Source: Takakia lepidozioides (taxonomy: Eukaryota; Plantae; Bryophyta). From it: 64,000 nt of DNA. Positions 24,095 to 36,905 of the stretch are shown here, piece by piece. The notes beneath the pieces are model-generated. The model saw only the letters and a program-made list of their open reading frames with translations, did not search any database and was not told where the DNA came from. Location: contig CM060732.1 in NCBI GenBank assembly GCA_030704615.1, positions 61,256,001 to 61,320,000 on the forward strand, in the 5' to 3' direction. The translations under genes and the position numbers were made by a program. Each line of letters opens with the position of its first letter. Position 1 is the stretch's first letter.

Positions 24095-25290
24095 ATGGTA
24101 AGGCCGGTCTAAGCCCAAGTGTAATCTCCTATGTATCCAAATGCTTCTCCCATGTAGAGGCCCAAGTGTGACCTCCACTGTCCGGTGACATCTAAGTCCA
24201 TGTGCAATTCCATAGGCCCTCCTGTTTGGGAGATCTAGTAGTACATAATTGTAGAACTATCAATCATTGGAGCTACAGTCTACCATCCATAAATGTTCCC
24301 TCCATTCTGTGAACCCTCTTTATCTGTTATGGGTAAGTCAAGCACTCACACTCTAAAAGCTACAAAAGAATATAATGTGGTCTTAGGGTCTATTGGATTG
24401 ATACTAGCATTGACCAGATTAAAACATAACTACAACATAGTTTTTTTTTTAATAGAGTGTGAAGCGTTTTTTTTTTTTTTCAAAGGAAACCTTGGAGCGA
24501 TAGCTCACAATTCAGGCCCTGGAGGAGTTGGGAAAATGAACCCCCTTTCAGATAAGCGATTTGGCACACATGAGGGAAACATCACCCCAGACCAACTGGT
24601 CATGAAACAAATCAGAGTAGCAGGACCTCAACCTTGCACATTGGGTACTGTGGAAAAAAACTTACTTAGATGACATTGGACACTTGGGCCAACGGCAAAG
24701 GCTACCCTAGAGGCATTTGGGCCTCGACGTAGGAGACTCACTTTGATACATAGGGGATTGCACTTGGACTTAAATGACATTGGACACATGGAACAACGGC
24801 ACATGCTACTTTAGGCCTAGATCTCCCAAACAGGAGGGTCTCTGGAATTGCACTTGGACTTAGATGTCACTAGACACTGGCTGCCTCCATCTCGTACTCA
24901 GGTTCATTTTCATAATCCAACAACACAGGTGGCGGACACAACACTTGATGCCGATTCGGACTCCAACTGGTCTGTTCTGTTGAGCCCAACTCTTCCTACG
25001 TTATTGTCTGCAGCTGAGAGACTCCATAGAGTTGTCGAGTACTACTCGAGTAAGACATACACTTGGGCCTCTATATGGGAGAAGCATTTGGATACATAAA
25101 GAGATTACACTTGGGCTTAGATGGGCCTTACCATAGGAGCTGCACTTGGATACATAGGAAATTGCACCTGGTCTTAGATTTCAATACTTCACACATGGGC
25201 CTCGACAGAGGACACTCACTTGGATACATAGGGGATTACACTTAAATGACACTGGACACTTGGACCAACGGCACAAGCTACCCTAGTTGG
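24095..25290. repeat. Fold-back/modular repeat built from cacttgg-type units
   Basis: 24095-24170 is an inverted copy of 25059-25134, and 24176-24238 is an inverted copy of 24817-24880. Direct repeats of acttggatacataggggatt...ggcacaagctaccctag occur at ~24670-24810 and ~25140-25287. Confidence 0.75.
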
Positions 25291-25834
25291 TACAAAATTA
25301 ACCCTAACATTTGTTTCATACTCACTTTCTATTTGCTGAAATTGTGCTACAATAACTTTTCTGATAGTTATAATGATAAATTTTAGAACATTGGAAGGGA
25401 TTTCGTCACAATGAAAGTCAAGCATAGGAGCCCTGAAGATTATTTTTGAAATATCAATTATACAAGAGAATATATTTTCAACATTAGCATCTATTGTATA
25501 AATAAATTATAATTAAAAGAACTCAACCTTCTTAGCTAGTTACATGCACTTGAAAAACAAAAACTTGTAGATTTGGCTTGTTGGAGGAATCAAAAGATAG
25601 ATGTTATAAATAATGTAGTAAGTTCACGCTTTTTCTATTAAAAATCAAAGAGCTCGTTATATCTTAGATAAGCATTATCTTCTCAAATTAATTAAATGCA
25701 TATTAAAAAGATTAACTTTAAGAACGTGATTTTTTATGACCCCGTCTAAGGAGGGTAAATTTTTAAGCTCCCGGTTCCCGGTTATCAATGTTGGGAACAT
25801 AAAAAGTAAAAGTCTTTAAAAGCATACTTTTAGA

Positions 25835-28800
25835 TTATTTATTTATTTATTTATTTTTTATAAACAGGGGTAACGGCCCTAACCATTATTTGGAATTATT
25901 TGAAGGGAAAAAATTAAACCCTTTACAGGCCCGAAGGCTGCCATGAGGCCTAACACACGACAAGTCGTGAAGGGGAATCCTGGGAACAGTGAACCTGAGA
26001 CAGTCGACCTCCTCTATCCAAGTAGAATTAAGGAGCGATAAGCATTGATAAGCATCGAGCGATGGAGGGGGATGCCCTCGAATAATCCTAGATTAGGGGG
26101 AGCCAGGTATTGATGCAGGGCATAGTGGCCAACTAGAAACCAATGAGAAGCTCATCTATCTACCGGTGAAAATGAAGCTTGGACTTAACAGTCTGCTTGA
26201 TATGCTTCCAGTTTCGATCTGATCTTTCAAACTCAGGGAGGCTGAAGAGGGGGGCTCTTCGCTGCTGCCAGATATGGGGAATAGTGCTTGCCCATAAACA
26301 GGTGTCGATGTCGATGCAGGAGCAGATGAGCCCCCGATTTCCCCAAGTGCGCCTGAAGGACCACGTTCTGGGCGCTTATTGTACTCTGCACCCAATTTTG
26401 CCCAGGCAAGTTTAGCAGCAATGGTGAGGTCATTGAAGACCAGAGTGAGGATTTTCGATTGTCCAATACCCACCTGCATCTGGCTTTCCAAATATGCCAT
26501 AGGGTGGCCGAGCGGAGGACCTCAAAAACTGGACATCCAATCGCCCTAGTCTTCCCTGTTTTCTTGTAGTTCAGAAGGAGAACTATTGGGTCTGGGGCAA
26601 TACACTCCCATGCAGAGTAGAAGTGTATGGCCAGTGGCCAAATGAACAAGGGGCCCACACATTGTAAGAGGCAATGTTCCATAGTTTCCACAGTGGGTGT
26701 AGTGCAGCCTCCACATAAGGTATTCCCTTGCCAGTCCAAGAATAGCTTGACCTTTAGGGCCCTGTTCGCAATCTGCCATAAGAAAGCGCTAATTTTGGAT
26801 GGTTTAGCTTCCTCCCAGATTATGCCCCAGATGCACTTCCAGTTTTCGTCCCTGAAAAGATAATGGTCCCACTTGTCATTCCATTTCTTGAGCAAGGGTT
26901 TGAGTTGAAGTAGAGCCCTGTAAGAATAAGTAAAGAAAGACTGTAGAGAGCCTTCAAATTCCCATTGCCACTCAGCTGGGTCTTGCTGGAGCTGCCCGAG
27001 AGGCAGGCCGCCAATCCAAGCAAAAGAGTTACATCTCAGCCATGGGAGAATGGTCTCCCTTGCCGGGAGGGAGGGGTTGAAGTCTCTGAATTTAGAGCCT
27101 GAGAACAAATCTGCCCCAAACGCATACCTTGTAATTGCTGGCAAGTGCACCTCCGTAATATAGAGGATATTAGAAGCCAGGGAGGGAGTAGTCACCCACT
27201 GGTGTGGTGAAGGAGACCCTTCCCCAAGCCTGAGGATGTCACGCCAATGGTTTGGAACAGATTGCAGGATGGGGTGCATGCCAGAGCGAGCCCTATTGGC
27301 ACCCAGAACTGTAGTAAGAGACTCTGGGGTGCTAGTCCAGAGGTGGGAGATCTGGGAGATGCCTCTAGTCTCCCAAGAGGCTCATCTTCTGGCCTGGCAC
27401 TTCTCCTGAGGGATGGGCATGGCTGAGTTAAGGAAGAGGTGCTGCCTTTGAACCTCATGAAAAGACAAAGGTTCTTGCTTCCTGAGAAAGGGTCTGAATT
27501 TACCCCAGGCAGACCAAATTGATTTCCAGAGCCAAGAGCCCAGGGATTTGTGATTAAATCCCTGAGTGATCCAGCGGATAGAGGGGGCCCAATTCGCTCC
27601 TTGAAGAGAGGAGCACAAGGCAATAGTTCCTATTACAAGCAATTTCCACCAGCCTCCTTTGGGCCCCAGCAGTTACCTTGGTCTACTTCCCAGTTGGGGT
27701 TGATCCCAATAGAAGACATAGATGGGTCCTCTATTAGCAAGGCTTTGGTCTTTTTCCAGTTAACCTGGCAGCCAGAGACTCTACAGAATTTCTTAAGAGT
27801 GCTCTCAACAGCTGTAAGAGTGGAAGGTTCCGCCTGAAAATAGCAGGAAGGTGTCATCCACAAACATAGAGTCCTTGATTTGTAGCCAGAGTTGAGTTTT
27901 TGGATTCTGCAGCTGAAGGCCCCTTACCATGAAGTTGTCATCTAGCATGTAACCCAAGGTGTCTGCTACAAAGAGGAAGAGGAAGGGGGCTAGAGGGCAT
28001 CCTTGCCTTACCGATCTTTGCAATTGAAAAGGCTTTGAAAGGTGGCCATTGATGATGACCCTACTGGTAGAGCCCCGAAGAAGGATGTTAACCCAGTGGC
28101 AAAAGTCATGGGGCAAGCCTGTTTTTTTAAGAACTGCAATTAGGAAATCCCACCCTACTTTGTCGAACGCCTTCTCAAAATCCAAGAGCCATAGTGCCAA
28201 TGCTTGGTTAGTTGCAAGGGCATACGAGTTGGCCTCCTGTGCCAACAAGACGTTGTCGAGAATATATCTACCTTTGATAAAACCAGCCTGGCCTGTTCGG
28301 ATGAGAGAGGGGAGAAGGGGTTGGAGGCGGAGGGCTAGAGCCTTGGCAATGATTTTGTAAGCGACATTGAGCAGTGTAATGGGTCTATAGTTTCCAATGT
28401 CGGCTTTGTCTCATTTCTTATGGAGCAGGGTAATAACCCCATGAGACATCTGTCCAGGCATTGCACCCTGCCGTTTGATCTCATTGGCCATTTCGCAAAA
28501 GTCTGCTGCGATTTGTGGCCACATAGCCTTGAAGTACTCAACTGGCATACCACCTAAACCTGGGGTCTTCCCATTACTCATCTGATGAAGGGCATCTTCC
28601 AATTCCATGGGGGTGAAGACCTTAGACAAGGCCATACCTGCCTCAGCCGACAGTCTATTCGGGGTTGAACGGAGGCAAGAGTCCAGGAGGGTCGAATAAT
28701 TTGGGCCCAGCTAGTCTGCCTGGAAGAGGGAGCTGAAGTGGCCAAAGGCCATGGCACGTAGCTCTTTGGGATTAGATGATTTATTGCCTGCTTGATCAAT

Positions 28801-29795
28801 GTACAGCTCAGGGATAGATTGCATGGCTCTTCGAAGCTTAATCTTCTGGAAGAAATACTTAGACATTTTCTCTCCTTTGGCAAACCAGTTAATCCCAGCT
28901 TGCATTTTCATCCTTATTTCATTTTGCTCATGAAAGAGGCCGAGGTTAGCACGAGCCTCGAGATAGGTTTGGAAGATATGGTCATCACAAAATCTAGCCT
29001 CTATTTTTGATTGACAGATCCGCAAACATTTTTGCATGGCCAAGACTTTTTTCTTACAAGAATCCGTGATCTCTTTACTTAGGGTTTGATTTAGCTTGCA
29101 AGATGCCGCCAGTTTGAATTGGAATTTCAAAATGGGGCATTGCAGATGGTTCCCAGACGAGGACCAGTGCTCCTGCAGATTGAGGACGAAAGAGACATTT
29201 TGTAGGAGAGAGATGTTGAGCTTGTAGATGCCTCTCCCATGGCGATGGGCATTTGGGAAGGAGAGAGAGGCCTTGATTAAGGCATGGTCGAAGCCCAGAG
29301 CTATGGGCTGCTAAGGTAGAAGGGAAACGTTGTTGGCAATAGACATAGAAAAGTAGAATCTGTCAAGGCAAGCCATAGAAAGGTTTTGAAGGTCTCTATT
29401 GCAGGTGAAATGGGGATTGCAACCAAGATGAGGAGCCGGGGGATCTATCTCTGTGAGGCTATGCGTTTGGATGAGAGACAGCCAGGAGGCTTCTTCATCA
29501 ACATGGAGGGAAGAAATTGCAGACCCTGTCCTGTCCATGTCAGACTCCACCATGTTGAAAATCACCAGCTAGGAGCCAGTTACCAATGGACTGTTTAGCA
29601 GCCATCCGGGCATTGATCAAGTCTCAGAGGGCCAAACGATCAGGCATTGAATTAGGGGCATAGATGTTGAGCAAACCAGGGGTTCCGGGTCGAATGGAGA
29701 GCGCAAAATTGCACTCTCCCTAGCTCCCAAACTTCTTCTTTAACCAGGAATTGCAAGAGGGAGGGGGAGAGAAGAATCGTTGTGCCTCCCTTTAA
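25835..29795 (-). mobile_element. L1/Tx1-type LINE ORF2 (APE-RT-zf) pseudogene with 3' tail
   Basis: Motifs: LLNIYAPN, ACLDRFY, KTPGLGG, LLDFEKAFDKV, VRQGCPLAPFLF, FVDD, CGGC..ETMEHCLLQC. An (TAAA)n/A-rich tail lies at 25835-25862. Multiple frameshifts. Confidence 0.92.
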
Positions 29796-30200
29796 AGGGA
29801 ACAGATGAGCGTTTTTATGACTGCACATATGACTATTTTTTCAGTCCTATATGCGTTCATGACTATATCACTCTGCAGTGAAAAAAACCCTGTCATAGCG
29901 ACTAGTCTTTAGGACTGCGTTTTGCAAGTCATAGCCGTGACTGCGTGCGTGGCACCTGGAATCATGCTGTAGAGAGGATGTAGTCACAACTATATGATTT
30001 ATATATGACTAACTATATGACTACATGTCTACAAAGTATAACTCCATTGGAGAGGCGTCAGAGAGACATATGTAGCACTCCGGATGTGACACGTGTCCAC
30101 ATTGACAACATATATGACCCACACGTGGGAAAGAATATCGTATCATATAATGCCACGTTGCCATGATGTAGTCATGAGTATATAACTTCATGACTAAAGA
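29796..30200. mobile_element. Probable truncated CACTA-like end
   Basis: Begins aacagatgagcgtttttatgac, similar to the intact CACTA end CACTACAACAAATGAGGGGGGTTTGCGAC but without CACTAC. Many atgacta/tagtcat repeats follow. Confidence 0.4.
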
Positions 30201-30925
30201 GGTTTTTTAATAAATTTTAAATAAATTAAATCATACAATTATAATATTTAGATTATTAATTGATTTAAATTCTCATTAGGTTTCTAGGAAAATAGAATGG
30301 AAGCCATTGTTGTCTTTTTATTTTTATTTTTATTTTTGTTAACAAAGAGGGACAGTGGGGGACAGTGGCCTCTAGAACTTTATAGGTAAGGGACATAAAA
30401 TGTCCTTGGATACAAAGAGGAAAAATAACCTCTGGATAGTGCCATAGAGGCTAAAAGAGGAAGACACAGCTTCGCGTACCAAGACAAGAAAGAGTAGTAA
30501 GAAGGAAGGCAAGCAAAGAAGGGGTCTGCATAGAGCTAAAGAGTCTAGCAGGAAAAGAGACTGCAGCCAGAAACTATTGCCATAACTTGGAAACAGAAAG
30601 GCACCGAGCTAAGGAGAAGAACTGAAAATCAGCTAACAATGTCATAAGAATGCTGGATCCTAGGCCTAGCCTTCCACTTCCTAAAAGATCTACAGATGGA
30701 GAGACATCCTTGCAGGGGTCGTGCTCATCAGCTCAAGACCAACCAATTGATCATCTATCCATGCAGGTTTCTTGTAGCTATCCTTCCACAGGGAATCATA
30801 TGTAATCCTGGAGATTGAAATCCGGCCCTCTTGGATGAATCTGGACCCATGCACTCTATCCCTGCTCCTTCAGCTATCCATGCATCTGCACAAATCATGT
30901 ATATATGTATCATGTATCAGAGGAG

Positions 30926-30950
30926 GAGAGAGAGAGAGAGAGAGAGAGAG
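30926..30950 (+). repeat. (GA)n microsatellite
   Basis: Directly visible; a similar GA-rich tract lies at 32519-32551. Confidence 0.9.
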
Positions 30951-32559
30951 TCATTACCATGTCACATTCCCAAACCCTTGGGAGAGCTTAAGAATACAGT
31001 TCGTAATCAAAAAAGCCCTTTAAAAATACTGGCTTGGTAATTCTTGGGTTCAAATAGCTTAAACAAGTATGTTGTAAGCTCAACAGGTCTTTGAGAAAAC
31101 CATTCCAGCAAGCCTAAGAGTGAGAGCTTTGATGAAAACAATTCCCTATTACAGCTTTAAAGGACTTGTATGTTCCTAAAAGCACAAGCTGAACTGATTG
31201 TACTTCCATAAGTAGATGCAGGGCTATGGTATGTATCCCAGGGCCTTATCCAGTCACTCTACCAAGTTTTAGAGAGATCCTCAAAAATACCAGTCTGTAA
31301 TCAGGTTATAATCTCCATGGGGGAGCCTGAAAGAATGTATGTGTTCTTAAAAAGGCTTACCCAATGCCTTACTTAATACATTCTAAACTGGTGAGGCATA
31401 AACAGCACTGTCTGACTCTCCAAAAGGCCAGAAAACAGGTCTGGAAAAATGCATCCAATGTCACACTTGCATCACCAAACCCTTGTCATCACAACCAGCC
31501 CGAACCTTCACAATAAGGTCTGATTTCTAGGAGGCCCAGCCCATTTACTTCCCTGACTTAACAGATTTGGTTACCAAGAACCAGAAAATCAAAGTAAAGG
31601 TTTAAGGCATATCCCCCTTGAAGCAGAAAATTGCAACAACGGCAGCTTGCAACATATCTTATCCCTCCTGCAGTAACCAGATCATCTGCAAGCCAAAGAG
31701 TTCATGCCAAGTGAAATCCCTCACCTGCGCCCGTCCCAAAAACAAACACAAAAAATGTTTTGTGCGTTAGTGAGGATGCGTGAGGTGAATTACAGGATTT
31801 CACAGTTGCTCTCCATGTCAGGTATGAGCCATAAAGCATGCAAAGATCACAAAAACAGCAGAAGAAAGCATAGATGTGACACCACAAAGGACCTCAATCT
31901 TTTGTGGAGTAGGACGCTGTAGTGTTCATCATCTGAATTTGAACGAGCACAACAGAATGCAACGGGAGGAGAGTTGAGGACAGGTTGTATCTTGTAATAC
32001 AGGCCGCTTCCCCACCTCCATAACCGCCGCTGCTTCATCAATGAGGAAAAAACGTAGGCAAACATAACAGTATGTCATTTGCCATCGCGGGAGATGAAAG
32101 TGTCTGCCGTCATCACGCGTTAACAAGAACACACCCGTTCGGATCTTGTTGCTCGGGCATTCAGCCGCCATCGAGCATTCGTCCGCCATCGCCCTCTTCT
32201 AGAGAAAAAAAACACGCACGATATCGTGCTGTGTCTAGGGCAGAGAGACACTTAAAGGAAAACCACCCGCGATTTCATCCACCATCCGGTATGGCTGGTA
32301 TCAGACCAGGATGAAAAATGGGCATTCAATAGGTTTAAATCAAAGGAGTATAAACCTAAAATGCATTGAAATGCATATCTGCCTATAAATCATCCAGTTA
32401 TGGTTATAACAGAAATTTCATTCAGTATGGATGAAACCTTAAAAATTGGGATTAAAAATATATAGTATTTCCAAAATAAGTATTATGGAAAAAAATTGAT
32501 AATCCCAAACAAGTAGTTGGAGAGAGGGAGAGAGAGGGAGAGAGAGAGAGAGTCACTGG

Positions 32560-32730
32560 GGAAGGTGGTCATCATGGTACTCCAAGACACCACATCTTGT
32601 TCAGCCATGTTGTTGAACACTCCCTTTGCATCCTTGCTACACCTATATTTGGCATACATATTGTCCACCAGGGGAGTGTTCAAAATGACATTTGGTACAT
32701 TTGCAGCTTTGACGATGCAACCATACACTC
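32560..32730 (-). pseudogene. PLS-PPR gene fragment
   Basis: IVKA..PNVILNTPLVDNMYAK..SKDAKGVFNNMAEQDVVSWSTMM closely resembles the repeats of the PPR gene at 62-64 kb. Confidence 0.75.
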
Positions 32731-32744
32731 ATCCTAACAGGGGA

Positions 32745-33335
32745 AATATTCTCTCTCTCAAATCTAGATACCATGTCCCCCGCACCTGGAAGGTCCTCCC
32801 CTCTATTTCCTTCTCTCTCTCAGATGGGGACTTCTCCATGTACTTTGGCACAGCCTCTGGCCCTCTACCCTGCAATACACCCACATCCCTGAAACTCATT
32901 CTCATTTCTGACTTCTTCATGCAACTCTCAAGGAGACCCAAAGTAGTTCACAACAAATGGATGCCATGTTCTAGATTCCAGCCTCTCCCGGGTGATGACA
33001 ATTTTTACCTAAACAACAAAGTCACTCTCCTAATGACGATTGAGCTCTCTAGTTCGGTCGATGAAGCCCCCAATGACCACCGTTGGCTTCCCTCACTGTT
33101 GCCCTCTGACAAGAGAACTAAATTCCACTTTCCCTCTGACAGGCCATCATTTGAGACTTCCTCCCCGCTCAGCCTGAATCACCCTCATGATGCAGGTTAG
33201 CATTTCTTCTTGGAATATAAGGAGAATCGGCTCTGACCAGACCGCCCTTAAGAAGATCAAACTAAGGTCTTGGCTAGCACCCCTTATCCCCTCGGAAGCG
33301 ATTGTCTTCCTGCAGGAACACAAGCTCAACCCCCA
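32745..33335 (+). mobile_element. Inverted L1 fragment (probable ORF1 end and ORF2 APE N-terminus)
   Basis: 33187 gives MMQVSISSWNIRRIG...IVFLQEHKL, the APE motifs missing from the minus-strand ORF2. Confidence 0.75.
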
Positions 33336-33344
33336 CAAAATTCA

Positions 33345-33550
33345 AAAAACACATTTGGCTCAAATCCACTTTTGATAATGTGGGTATGCACCTGCTTTCC
33401 AGCTGCTAGGCCTTTCATCTTGATGCACTTGTGCAAGAGACAGATATAAGTCTTAGAATCTCCTGAAATGCCTCCTTGGTTCAAAATATGCAGAGCCTCT
33501 TTCACTTGTCCTGCATCTTGGAGGTCTTCAGAACTGTCAGAGTCAGTCCC
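33345..33550 (-). pseudogene. PPR gene N-terminal fragment
   Basis: Manual translation: GQVKEALHILNQGGISGDSKTYICLLHKCIKMKGLAAGKQVHTHIIKSGFEPNVF. Confidence 0.75.
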
Positions 33551-33568
33551 CGCATGATCAATAATAGG

Positions 33569-35217
33569 TCAGGGTCTGCCGAAAGTGCGGTGAGAGTCGA
33601 TCCATTCGTTATGCTCGTGGACTTTTGATTCCAGCAGAGCATGCAGAATAGTGAAGGTATTGTGCAAGGTGTCCCTGGATCTGTTGAGGAACAAATTGGT
33701 GGTGGGAGGCTGATTGAAAGGGATAGAGCCGTCGATGAGTAGATCCTCCATGTCCATGAGAGCTAGAATCTGAGTGGTGGGGGAGAGGTTTATCCCCAGA
33801 GTGGGATTACGTTCGACATAGGACCCCCAGGTAATTTGCATATTGGGCGAGAAAGAGAGATGGGGATGATTGGAGAGCAGATAGAGATTGATCTTGGTCT
33901 TGAGGGCTGGGATGGGGCTGCCGTCCCTTGGGATCTGATCCATGAAGAGAGAGATGTCGCAATTAGAAATCCAAAGGGATTCAATGTTTGCACCATTGTT
34001 GGATGTGAGAAGGAAAGAGGGGGAGGGGGCTCTATGATAGATGAGCGGGGTAAGGCAGATAGATTTTGGATGAGAGGGAGAGGTCACCTGCGAACAACCC
34101 CGGAGGCCCAACGTAGGGAAAGACTGAATTTTGGTACAGACCCTAGCCACTATAGGATTGTCTGCAATGAGAGAGGAAACATACAGAGGAAGGGAGGGCC
34201 TAGAGGGTGGCGGGGAAATTCTAGACAGATCTCTGGGTCTTGAAGTGATCGAGGGCTGGCAACCTTGACTAGACCCTGCATTAAGAGAAGAGTCACCATT
34301 GTTGATGACAATCAAAGAGTAGGGACCCTTGCATGCTTCCAACACCATGGGGTCCAGATTGATTGATTGCCTGGGGAGAGCTCTTGGTTGGGCCCCCACC
34401 GATGAAGAAGGGTTCCACTCAGGGTGGGGTTGAAATTGATGGAGACGTGGGTGCTTGGCCATCCTGGAGTCACTAGGTGGGCTCATCTGAGAGGGAGCAG
34501 AGACTGTTGGCCGATGAAGATGTGTGGGAGCGGTGGGAGAGCCTTTCTCCGGAGAATGACGAGCCCTCCTTGTTTTTGCTTTAGGACATCCTGCCTTTAG
34601 GTGACCAGCTTGCCCGCAGTAGTAGCAAGTCATTGAGGCTAAGTCCTCGGATAATTTGACAGAAAAGAAATTTCCCTCCTCATCAATTGGGAGACGAATA
34701 AATTGAGGAATAACTTCATGCTCAGGCATCATAACCACAATCTTTGTAAAGCCTGATTCATGTGCCCTGGATGAAATGATAGCCCCCCTCCAAGAAGGAT
34801 CATTCTTTAGATTGTTCGTGCACATACCAGGCTCAAAAACTGCCAAGCAACCAAGATAAACCCCAAGGAAATTCCCAATCTCTGGGAGAAAGAAGAGGTA
34901 TTGATCTGGAATATAAGGCAATGCAATAATCCTAGGACTCCACACCTTGCCATTTTTATTCCTCATAGCCCGCGACCAAGGGAAGATGTTAACATTGAAT
35001 CCGGCCAAATGGGGGTTAAATGAGAGGGCCTTGTCTGCCGCCTCTTTGGATTCAAGCAAAATAGAAAAGAAGCCCCTCCCTCTGGTGTGACAAAAGTGGT
35101 GCTTCAAATCGCCAGACCCTCCCAGATGTCGCACATCCCAATCTCTCGCCTCGTCCCTGCTCACTTTTCTGCCAGGGAAATGGAGGAAAACGCCCTTCTC
35201 TTGAATATCTGCCACTG
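33569..35217 (-). CDS. L1 ORF1-like protein (DUF4283-like region and CCHC knuckle), 5'-truncated
   Basis: RGRGFFSILLES, IFPW, LPYIP..LPEIGNFLG, CYYCGQAGHLKAGC. The first ~30 aa of the called ORF come from the flanking TIR element. Confidence 0.8.
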
Positions 35218-36336
35218 TAGAATTTCTACTGTTGAATGTTGAAAATATATAAAATAAAAAGTTTCTAAATTTGGAAATGTAGACAAGAATGTGAAGCCAA
35301 GAAGACAATATTTTTGATAAACTGTTTTCTTGAATCTTGTATAAAGGAATTTAACCATATAGAATAGAATATTAAGATCAAAGGTTGTGCTTGTCCAATT
35401 CCAATGTACGGTAGGGTTTTCAGGTAAGTCTGCATAAGAGAGTTATTCCCAAATTCAACTCTTTCTCATGCAAAGTGCACACTTCAATGCTATAATAGCA
35501 CGTATTTCAATGCCAACATCTTGGATCACTCACCCACTTTCTAAAAAAAATGATGAGTTTACAAAGAACTCTACTATGCATTCTCCTCTATTTTTTAATA
35601 ATTTGTTATATGTTCATTTTAAACCAAAAATATCAAGGGTGAAAAGATTCTAAGGATAAAATTTTAAGCATCTCAAGCATAAGTTGGGATGGTTGATCTT
35701 TCATCTTCTACCTAGTAATATGTGTTGCTTCGAATATTTTAAATCCATTCGGTAAAGCTAAGGAATATAGATTTTTTTCTTTCTTTCTAAAACACAATAT
35801 GGTATTATTTCAGAATTGAAAGTTATCAAGTTCATGTTAGTGAAGATGGATATTCCTCCTCACTTAAATTTTCAACTTTTTCTTCACAATTGAGTTCGAT
35901 TTCTATTTGAAGTGAATTTGTTCAAATTATTTTTTGTATATTCAAAGTCAAGTTTTACATTTTGATTTTTCTCAAAGAATATAGAATCAGTCAATTGTAC
36001 ATTTATACTGTAAAATATTCTTTGATATTTAAAATCAATAATTCCAAAATCTCTGTGCATCTCATTTGAATTGTCGATTTTCAATATTAAAAGGATTTTT
36101 TTCAACTTATTTTTAACATTAAATTACAAATTTATACATAGCTAAATTCAATGGTAGTGGAGAAGGTAGGGGTCCACGTCTACTTTATGTATTTCCAACA
36201 TTCAGAAGTAAAAATCCTAAAAGTATGCTTTTAAAGAATTTTACTTTTTATGTTTTCAACATTGGGAACCGGGAACCGGAAGCTTAGAACTCTACCATCG
36301 TTAGATCGGGGTCATAAGAAGAAAATTTAATGTTAA

Positions 36337-36905
36337 CCCTGTACTGCCCAAGCATCCACACTCTGGATGATGAACGGATTCAACATGGTCTCTTTGCCAC
36401 CGTTGGTTACAGTTTTCATCCATCACATTTTTCTTTGATTCTTGGGCTAGTTTTCCAACACTTGAACACTTTGGATTTTTGCCATAACATTGTACTAATA
36501 GCCTACAAGCAATAAGTTGGAAGTATGTTTCACAAAAAATTATGACTTTTCTAGTTCAAAACTTTACCCTTTAAAAATGAAATCCTTGATTTTAGATTCT
36601 ATTTTTTTTTAAAGTTTCCAATGTTAAGAATCTCACATTTGAAGCCTATGGAAAGAAATTTCAATAAACAATTCTCAATATTTTGTCTAATAATGAATTT
36701 CAAAAGAATTTTGAATTTTAGTTCTTAAAAACAATATGAAAACATGGGTGATAGAAAAAGTAGATCCAACCATACTGATATAACTTATAAATGATAATCT
36801 ACAAAAGTTGTTTTAACATGAATACCAAAATCGGCTTCAAAGTTGGATTTTATAACACATCTTTTCTAAATGTCAAATTTCACAAGACCCTCAGGCAGTA
36901 AGGGA
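36337..36905. mobile_element. Possible TTAA-targeting (piggyBac/Kolobok-like) MITE
   Basis: TTAA-ccctgtactgcccaag ... ctcaggcagtaaggga-TTAA. The TIR is imperfect and the interior is AT-rich. Confidence 0.4.

Larger units (their letters stand above)
25737..36314. mobile_element. Non-autonomous TIR element (~140-bp TIRs, TA-flanked) carrying a 9.4-kb nested block
   Basis: 25737-25834 plus 35218-35257 match the reverse complement of ~36180-36314 (tgaccccg...ccggttcccggtt...aaaagcatacttttag). The left TIR is split by the L1 insertion. Confidence 0.8.
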
